Assembly: GCA_051002135.1 (NCBI GenBank)
Contig: JBPCMQ010000016.1
Coordinates: forward strand, 51,430 to 115,429
From: Chloroflexota bacterium
GTDB lineage: Bacteria; Chloroflexota; UBA5177
DNA: 64,000 bases
Reading direction: 5' to 3'
The notes beneath the pieces were generated by a model, which made no database searches, was not told the DNA's origin, and saw only the letters and a list, made by a program, of their open reading frames with translations. A program made the position numbers and the translations under genes. Every line of letters begins with the position of its first letter. The stretch's first letter is position 1. Below, in pieces: positions 57,661 through 64,000 of this stretch.

Positions 57661-59705
57661 GAGAGAGATTGGCAGTATTCGCGCCCGGTGCTGATGCCGC
57701 TGCTCGCATAGACTATCTGCGCCACGAGATCGAGCAGCACAACTACAACTATCACGTCCTGGACGCGCCCACGATCTTGGACGCGGACTACGACTCGCTG
57801 ATGCGAGAGCTGCGCGCGCTGGAGCAACAATACCCGGAGCTTCAGAGCCAAGACTCCCCGACGATGAAGGTTGGCGGGCAAGTGGGCCAGGGCTTTCGAC
57901 CGCATCGCCATCCGCGACCCATGCTCAGCCTGGCCAATGCCTTCACGCACGCGGAGCTCGACGCCTGGCTGCAGCGCGTCCGGAACATTGTGCCCAACGC
58001 CACCCTGGATTTTGTCCTCGAGCCCAAAATCGACGGTCTCGCGATTGCCCTGACATATGAGCGCGGCGCATTGCGCGTGGGAGCGACACGAGGCAATGGC
58101 GTTGAAGGCGAAAACGTGACCGCGAATCTCCGGACCCTGGAAGACGTACCGAGGCGCCTGGCGGCGGATCCGATTCCGACACGCGTGGAGGTGCGCGGTG
58201 AAGTGTACATGTCGATCACCGGCTTCGAGGCACTCAATGAGGGGCGGGCCGAGCAGGGGCAGCCGCTCTTCGCCAATCCGCGCAATTCGTCCGCGGGCTC
58301 GTTGCGCCAGCTCGATCCCGCGATCACTCGGGACCGGCCACTCAGTCTCTTCGTGTATCAAATCGGGTACGCGGAGGGGACAGACGTAGAGAGTCAATGG
58401 CAGGCTCTGCAGCTGCTTCAGGCGTGGGGCTTCACGGTCAATCCACTGATAGAGCACGTCGATACCTTTGATGCGGTTCACGCCTATTGTGAGCGCATGT
58501 CGGAGGAGCGAGATCGTTTGCCCTACGAGATCGACGGAGCCGTCATCAAGATCAGCTCGATTGCGCTCCAGGAGGAGCTGGGAGCCGTGGGACGTGAGCC
58601 GCGCTGGGCCATCGCTTTCAAATTCGCGCCCCGGCAGGCGACAACCCTCTTGCGTGATATCCAGGTCAATGTCGGACGAACCGGCAGCATCAATCCGTTC
58701 GCGATTCTCGAACCGGTGAAAGTTGGAGGCGTGGAAGTGCGCCTCGCGACATTACATAACGAGGAGGATATCCAGCGAAAGGACATTCGCGTCGGAGACC
58801 GCGTTATCGTCCATCGAGCGGGGGATGTGATTCCGCAGGTCGTCAAACCCATCGTGGAGGAGCGGAACGGCACGCAGCAGGTGTATCACCTTCCAAAAAC
58901 GTGTCCGTCATGCGGAACGGCGATCGTGCACCCGGAGGGGGAGGCGATGGCGCGCTGTCCCAATCTGGAGTGTCCGGCGCAGCGGTTTCGGTGGATCGAG
59001 CACTTCGTGTCCGAGCCGGCAATGGACATCCGGGGGGTTGGGGAAGCGATGACTCAGCTGTTCCTCGATACGGGATTGATCGGCGATCCCGCCGACCTGT
59101 ACGCGCTGACGCGGGAGCAGCTGCTGGAGCTTCCCGGACTGCAAGAAAAGAGCGCGTCGAACCTGCTGGCCGCAATCGAGCGCAGTAAGGTCCAACCCCT
59201 GAGCCGCGTCATCATTGCACTTGGAATTCGCTTCGTGGGGGGGCAAACAGCGGAGCTGCTGGCCGAGGCGTTTGGGAACCTCGATCACATTCTCGGGGCG
59301 AGCGTCGAGGAGCTCGAGAAGACGGAGGGTATCGGACGCAAGACGGCGGAGAGCATCGTGGCGTGGGCGGCTCACCCCGCGAATCGCCGCTTCGCGGATC
59401 GGTTGCGGGACGCCGGCCTCACCTGGCAGCACAAGCCAGCGGATCGCCCGTCGGGTCCACTCGCAGGGGTCACCATGCTGATTACGGGCTCTCTCGGCGA
59501 GATGCGTCGTCTTGAGGCAGAGTCTCGCCTTCGATCTCTCGGTGTGAAGATTGCGTCGGGTATGAGCAAGAGCGTGGATCACCTGATCGTGGGCGCGGAT
59601 CCCGGTTCCAAGCTCGATAGGGCCAGAAAGCTGGGTACGCCAATCCATGATGAAACATGGCTATTGGACGTGCTCGAGCACGAACGTATTCCAGAACCGG
59701 CTTAA
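57657..59705 (+). CDS. ligA: NAD-dependent DNA ligase LigA
   Basis: KIDGLA adenylation lysine, a four-Cys zinc finger (CPSCG...CPNLECP), HhH and C-terminal BRCT domains. 682 aa. Confidence 0.97.
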   Translation: MRERLAVFAPGADAAARIDYLRHEIEQHNYNYHVLDAPTILDADYDSLMRELRALEQQYPELQSQDSPTMKVGGQVGQGFRPHRHPRPMLSLANAFTHAELDAWLQRVRNIVPNATLDFVLEPKIDGLAIALTYERGALRVGATRGNGVEGENVTANLRTLEDVPRRLAADPIPTRVEVRGEVYMSITGFEALNEGRAEQGQPLFANPRNSSAGSLRQLDPAITRDRPLSLFVYQIGYAEGTDVESQWQALQLLQAWGFTVNPLIEHVDTFDAVHAYCERMSEERDRLPYEIDGAVIKISSIALQEELGAVGREPRWAIAFKFAPRQATTLLRDIQVNVGRTGSINPFAILEPVKVGGVEVRLATLHNEEDIQRKDIRVGDRVIVHRAGDVIPQVVKPIVEERNGTQQVYHLPKTCPSCGTAIVHPEGEAMARCPNLECPAQRFRWIEHFVSEPAMDIRGVGEAMTQLFLDTGLIGDPADLYALTREQLLELPGLQEKSASNLLAAIERSKVQPLSRVIIALGIRFVGGQTAELLAEAFGNLDHILGASVEELEKTEGIGRKTAESIVAWAAHPANRRFADRLRDAGLTWQHKPADRPSGPLAGVTMLITGSLGEMRRLEAESRLRSLGVKIASGMSKSVDHLIVGADPGSKLDRARKLGTPIHDETWLLDVLEHERIPEPA

Positions 59706-60460
59706 CGAAACAGGTCGCGCTGCCGTGGGCGCTGGATGTCCTTCGCCCTTCCAACGCCGCGGGGGAGCTGGGCTCCCCGGACGATGACGACCGGCACGCC
59801 TTCAGACGCGGGGCCCATCAGCAAAGATGCCGCCGCCGCCACCTCGTCGGCGATCCCCAGAATCGTATGCTCCAGCGTATAGCCGGTCAAGTCCGTATCA
59901 CCTCGGCGGTCCCACGTGGCCAGCATGCCGGCGACGCCGATCGCCACCCCCACGGTCCCATCTCGCCACGCCCGCCCGTGGCTGTCGTTCACCACGACGG
60001 GAATCTCCATTCCCGTCAGTCTGCGAAAGTCGTTCATAAGTGACGTCGCCGAGGCGTCCGGGTCCAGGGGTAGCAGAGCCACCTGCTCGCCCGGTCCCTC
60101 CTGCTGCACGTTCGAGCGATCTATCCCCGCATTGGCGCATACGAATCCCCGGTTGTCCTCCACGATCAGTACCCCGGGTGCCGCCCGAATGACCTCACGG
60201 CTCTCCCGAAGAATCAGCTCCACAAGACGCGGGTCCTTGCCGGTCTCCGCGGCAAGCTCGCGCGCGCGCGCCGACGGCACGATGTCGTCGACAGTTACGA
60301 TGCGCCCTTCCGCCTTGGACACGATCTTTTGTGCAACGATCACGATGTCGGCCTGCTGCAAGCTCTCACCTACGGTCCTCAGGGCGTCGAGGATCAGGTC
60401 GGCGAGTGACGCGCCACGCTCGATCAGCGGTAGGGCGCGAACCGGGAGCAGCTGTATCAA
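59702..60460 (-). CDS. cofE: Coenzyme F420-0:L-glutamate ligase (CofE/FbiB N-domain family)
   Basis: About 250 aa. IVIVAQKIVSKAEGR, CANAGID and VNDSHGRAWR motifs are typical of CofE. Confidence 0.85.
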   Translation of the reverse strand: MIQLLPVRALPLIERGASLADLILDALRTVGESLQQADIVIVAQKIVSKAEGRIVTVDDIVPSARARELAAETGKDPRLVELILRESREVIRAAPGVLIVEDNRGFVCANAGIDRSNVQQEGPGEQVALLPLDPDASATSLMNDFRRLTGMEIPVVVNDSHGRAWRDGTVGVAIGVAGMLATWDRRGDTDLTGYTLEHTILGIADEVAAAASLLMGPASEGVPVVIVRGAQLPRGVGRAKDIQRPRQRDLFR

Positions 60461-60916
60461 CTAGGGCTGACTGGCGATTTTGAGCGAGTCGGGTGCGAAG
60501 ATCGATCGCCACAGATCCTCGCCCACCGGCTCGAAGATCAGCCGCGGGAAACGAGCGCGGAAGATAGTGTCCCCGATGCCTCGGCTGAAACGCAAAATCA
60601 CATGCGGGTCGTGTGGATTGAGCTTCATGAGGCGGGCCGTGTCCGCCGAGGCCGGAGTGTCGGGATCGTACGTACGGTTGTCCGCCAGTGTCATGCCGAT
60701 GTCGAACTGTTCAGAGGGTCCAAGAATCCCGGCGATCTCACGCGCGACCAGTTTGATGTTGTCCTCCGACCAGTGGCCGGCTTCCACGAAAATACGGAGC
60801 ATCGCCAGCACTGGTAGGCCGGGAACCGCGTTCATATAGTCCGGACCGGTGGTGAACGGAATGGGGCAGCGGCGTCCTGCATACGCGAGCTTGTGTGAGA
60901 GATCGTAGGCTTCCAT
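60461..60916 (-). CDS. Hypothetical protein (151 aa)
   Basis: Clean ORF immediately upstream of cofE on the same strand; no motif recognised. Confidence 0.55.
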   Translation of the reverse strand: MEAYDLSHKLAYAGRRCPIPFTTGPDYMNAVPGLPVLAMLRIFVEAGHWSEDNIKLVAREIAGILGPSEQFDIGMTLADNRTYDPDTPASADTARLMKLNPHDPHVILRFSRGIGDTIFRARFPRLIFEPVGEDLWRSIFAPDSLKIASQP

Positions 60917-60933
60917 CTGAGGTAGAGACCTTA

Positions 60934-61866
60934 TTACGTGCCGACGCGCGGGGCCTTGACGCTCACCTTTTCCCCAAACTTTGACAGCGTCTGTGTCTGT
61001 GTCAGGTTGACATTGTTCTTCGGGTCGACGACGGCGTTGACCGTAAACACGTAGGGAAGGAAGCTCTTCTGTGAGATAAGGAAGTCGAGCTGTGCCGTCG
61101 AATTGTCGCTAAAGATCTCGGTAGCGCGAATGTGCCACACACTTGCCCCGTGAGACGTGTCCGGCCCCAAATTTTGCAGGTCCTTGATCTGCGTACTCCC
61201 ACCGGAGTTGGAGCCGCTTCCCGCCGCGTTCGGGCAGACTAGTGGCTGCTGATTGGCGATGGGCAGCCCATAGACCTTCGCCTGAGCCGTCTTCAGATGG
61301 AGCCACTTGCTCTTGGTCACTTTGCCCTTGATATAGACCTTGGTCTTGACGACGACCACAGCGAGACTGACTCGGCGCACCTGGCTGCTCTGCTCGTTGG
61401 TGTCGGACGCAGTGATATGTCCCTTGAAGGATGGGCCGGTGCAGGTTGCATCGCCATTCAAGGAGACATGCACCCTTTCGACCCCCTTCTGCTCGATGTC
61501 GGTGACCGTAAGAAAGTGTGCGCGAGAAAGACGTCCATAGGCAGCAATCATGCGTTGCAATATGGGTGTAGGGTCCGGAAAGGTCGATGTGGCAGTGACT
61601 GTCGGCGTCACCGTGGTGACGGCAGTCGGTCCCGGCGTTCCTGGTGTCGCCGTTGCCGGTGTCGGCGTGGCCGTCGTCCCGGTTTGCTCCGGCGAAGCCT
61701 TGCGGGTGAGGCCAAAGTGGTTGATCGAGGCGAGGCCGTGGGTCATCTCCCCGTATAAAGCCCTTGATGAAAGAGGGTGTGAGCGCGCGGGTGACGATGC
61801 CAAGGTGTGGATGGTGCCGCTCACCAGTAACAGTACAGCCGCAGAGAGGGTCGCGAAGGTTTTCAC
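60934..61866 (-). CDS. Secreted protein with Thr/Pro-rich linker (LolA/LprG-like fold suspected)
   Basis: GTG at 61866 follows GAAAGG by 6 nt and gives a signal peptide VKTFATLSAAVLLLVSG. A TTATPTPATATPGTPGPT linker follows. The longer ORF to 62250 has no signal-like start. Confidence 0.6.
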   Translation of the reverse strand: MKTFATLSAAVLLLVSGTIHTLASSPARSHPLSSRALYGEMTHGLASINHFGLTRKASPEQTGTTATPTPATATPGTPGPTAVTTVTPTVTATSTFPDPTPILQRMIAAYGRLSRAHFLTVTDIEQKGVERVHVSLNGDATCTGPSFKGHITASDTNEQSSQVRRVSLAVVVVKTKVYIKGKVTKSKWLHLKTAQAKVYGLPIANQQPLVCPNAAGSGSNSGGSTQIKDLQNLGPDTSHGASVWHIRATEIFSDNSTAQLDFLISQKSFLPYVFTVNAVVDPKNNVNLTQTQTLSKFGEKVSVKAPRVGT

Positions 61867-62082
61867 AAGGAACCTTTCTGTCCATTGGGGCGTCGGATCG
61901 GCGCCGTATTCTTTTGTCGTGAAAGGAGCCGCTGAATGTCGAAGCGGGACGGGTGTTTGCTTGCACGATGGTAACACAGTGTTATGCGCATTCCGCGCCG
62001 TGGCGCGATAATGGGGCGTATGGGCGACGTCCTTCCAACTGGGCACCGAGGAGAGAACAGGAGTGGGCAAACGTCCGACAAG

Positions 62083-63027
62083 ATGACGGATCACGCGAAG
62101 CGAATCTGTTCCCTGCTGCCCAGCGCGACCGAGATTGTCTGCGCCCTGGGACTCAAGGACCGCCTCGTGGGAGTTACGCACGAGTGTGACTATCCGCTGT
62201 CCGTTGCGCGCTTGCCCAGGGTGACTTCCAGCGCCATCGACTCCGCGCACCTGACCTCACGACAGATTGATGATGCCGTTCGCGAGAGCCTGGAGGAGCA
62301 GGCCACGATTTATCACCTTGATCGCGATCTGCTGGATAGTCTCGCTCCCGATCTCATCTTGACGCAGGAGCTCTGCGACGTGTGTGCGGTCGGACCGGCA
62401 GAGGTCAAAAGCGTGGTGCGTTCTCTGTCGCGAGAGCCACGGGTGATCTCGCTCGAGCCGAGCAATCTGGATGGCGTCCTAGAGTCGATTGGTCTCGTGG
62501 GGCGACTGGCCGGCGTGGAAGACCGCGCACTTCACCTTGTCGATGAGCTGCGCCGGCGGCTTGATGCCGTTCGCGTCGCCGTTGCCGGCAGAGTCGCGCG
62601 CAAGGTTCTCTCCCTCGAGTGGCTCGACCCGGTTTTTGTCGGCGGCCACTGGGTGCCGGAAATGATTGAGATCGCGGGCGGGAAGGACTGCCTTGGAGTC
62701 GCCGGTCAACCCTCCCGGCAAGCGAGCTGGGACGAGGTTGCGTGTATGCGGCCGGAAATAGCGGTGTGCATGCTTTGCGGATTCGATCTCGACCGATCGC
62801 TCGAAGAAGTTTGCGGCACTGCGCTTCCTGATGCCTGGCACGAGCTGCCTGCTATTCGCTCGGGCAACGTTTATGTCACCGATGGCTCCGCCTACTTCAG
62901 CCGGCCGGGACCGCGCTTGATTGAGGGCGTGGAAATTCTCGCCTCCATTCTCCATCCCGACGTGTTCGATCGCACCCCGGCTAGTTCGTTTGCGAGGTCT
63001 GAGGCGCCGGCGGTAACGCCCGGCTGA
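62083..63027 (+). CDS. Periplasmic-binding-protein type 2 (BtuF/FhuD-like) substrate-binding protein without an obvious signal peptide
   Basis: RICSLLPSATEIVCALGLKDRLVGVTHECDYP is the typical N-terminal pattern of cobalamin/siderophore-type binding proteins. Confidence 0.8.
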   Translation: MTDHAKRICSLLPSATEIVCALGLKDRLVGVTHECDYPLSVARLPRVTSSAIDSAHLTSRQIDDAVRESLEEQATIYHLDRDLLDSLAPDLILTQELCDVCAVGPAEVKSVVRSLSREPRVISLEPSNLDGVLESIGLVGRLAGVEDRALHLVDELRRRLDAVRVAVAGRVARKVLSLEWLDPVFVGGHWVPEMIEIAGGKDCLGVAGQPSRQASWDEVACMRPEIAVCMLCGFDLDRSLEEVCGTALPDAWHELPAIRSGNVYVTDGSAYFSRPGPRLIEGVEILASILHPDVFDRTPASSFARSEAPAVTPG

Positions 63028-63559
63028 GCTCTGCGCACTCCTCGCAGCCTCTCTTCATCCTTTGCCGCTCCAGAACGCACGGTGAGGTAGAGAGTTGTTC
63101 CTCCGTGACTGTCCCCCAAGCGGCATCTCCAAACATCGGTCTCTTGTGGGGAGGCACGTCGGCGAGTAGGCACGCGGCAGCCGCAACAAGAAGGCTCAGT
63201 GCCAGGAACCGGTTCGCGCGGCCGACTGACCGGGCGTAGAACCACAATCCGCCGAATCCGACGAGAAGGAGGAATGGAGGGATGGCATTGGCGACCATCC
63301 AGAGTGCAAGTTCCCCGGCGCCCCCGGTCGTGAGGTGATAGTCCGCCCGCGCTGATCCGACAACCCACAGAGGCGCGGCGATCAAGATCGCCAGACCAGA
63401 TGCTCGCGCTGCCAGTCGGCCGCTCATTTGTTGCCTCCAGTGCTCCGCCACTCTCATACACATACTTGCTTCCTGGAGTGAGGGTTTTATGCCCTCTTGC
63501 CCTACCTGGCTTGCCAGGATCAGTGCCTCGGTGCGCCAGAGCTCTTTTTCGTCATCCAC
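62981..63559 (-). CDS. Hypothetical membrane protein
   Basis: Several TM segments (LAILIAAPLWVV, IPPFLLLVGFGGLWFY, FLALSLLVAAAACLL); start uncertain. Confidence 0.5.
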   Translation of the reverse strand: MDDEKELWRTEALILASQVGQEGIKPSLQEASMCMRVAEHWRQQMSGRLAARASGLAILIAAPLWVVGSARADYHLTTGGAGELALWMVANAIPPFLLLVGFGGLWFYARSVGRANRFLALSLLVAAAACLLADVPPHKRPMFGDAAWGTVTEEQLSTSPCVLERQRMKRGCEECAELSRALPPAPQTSQTN

Positions 63560-63932
63560 CCGTCGTAATGGCTCGCACCGCTACGCCCACAAGAAAAATG
63601 GAGGCCAAACCGAGAATAAGAGACGCGCCCTTCACGGTTCCGTTTTTTGTATAGAGATAGCCTGCCGGCAGGGCCAAGAGCGCGACGAGGCCATACAAAT
63701 AGTGGAGCTTGTCGGCCGGCCGGTGACCCTGGATGAGCAGAACGATACCGAGGAGCCCTTGCACGATGACGACCCCCTCCGCTATCACGAGAGCCCCGAG
63801 GTAGCTCCCCGTCGGCTCGATCTTCCGGAAGAAAAGGAATAGACCCCACAGGGCCATCAGGACAGCATATATGAGGACGACCGGCGACCAGGTTCGGTGG
63901 AAATTCGCGATGAAGTCCGCGGCCAGTATCAC
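63552..63932 (-). CDS. Hypothetical four-TM membrane protein
   Basis: 126 aa, four hydrophobic helices. Its stop overlaps the start of the downstream membrane-protein gene (62981..63559) by 8 nt. Confidence 0.6.
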   Translation of the reverse strand: MILAADFIANFHRTWSPVVLIYAVLMALWGLFLFFRKIEPTGSYLGALVIAEGVVIVQGLLGIVLLIQGHRPADKLHYLYGLVALLALPAGYLYTKNGTVKGASLILGLASIFLVGVAVRAITTGG

Positions 63933-64000
63933 GAGGGCATGTCTCCTTGCAGAAGGTTAAGGGTCTCCAATTCGGAGGGCATTGCGGTTTGCGCACCATG

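Noticed and set aside
61867-62082. Possible cobalamin riboswitch upstream of the BtuF-like binding-protein gene.
   Set aside because: No GGGAA...GGUG.GAA.CC core and no B12-box-like GCCACUG...GGGAAGGC element could be found on the plus strand.

Overview
High-GC bacterial chromosomal window, mostly housekeeping genes packed tightly on both strands. Phylum cannot be assigned from this window alone. All family names are from motif recognition by eye; no searches were run.

Core content:
- groES-groEL with an exact CIRCE operator.
- A long, translationally coupled dcw cell-division/cell-wall cluster on the minus strand: mraZ-rsmH-ftsL-ftsI-murF-mraY-murD-ftsW-murG-murC-murB-ftsQ-ftsA-ftsZ. It has no murE or ddl.
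- miaB, rpsO-pnp, a family-4 UDG, RNase J, ligA, cofE, an M3 oligoendopeptidase, proline dehydrogenase, an NlpC/P60-SH3b cell-wall hydrolase, one tRNA-Asp, a vapBC pair, and assorted enzymes and hypothetical proteins.

Decay and rearrangement scars:
- A degraded type III restriction-modification pair beside a large palindromic repeat (1-1.8 kb).
- A transposase remnant and a truncated protoporphyrinogen-oxidase-like gene on either side of tRNA-Asp (28.9-29.8 kb).
- A decayed second vapBC junction (about 53.0 kb).

Best candidates for something undescribed:
1. 42.8-44.8 kb. An XRE-like and an excisionase-like HTH gene with overlapping divergent promoters, a GTCAC iteron/inverted-repeat array, and a TA-flanked element with 31-bp terminal inverted repeats. 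All of this lies between two fragments of what may be one broken gene. No recombinase is present.
2. 46.2-47.1 kb. A 0.9-kb lower-GC non-coding stretch with an internal bidirectional terminator. It may encode an RNA.
3. 52.8-55.5 kb. Two 127-nt inverted repeats bracket vapBC-PAP2-radC.

No function is demonstrated for any of these; they are sequence-level observations plus inference.
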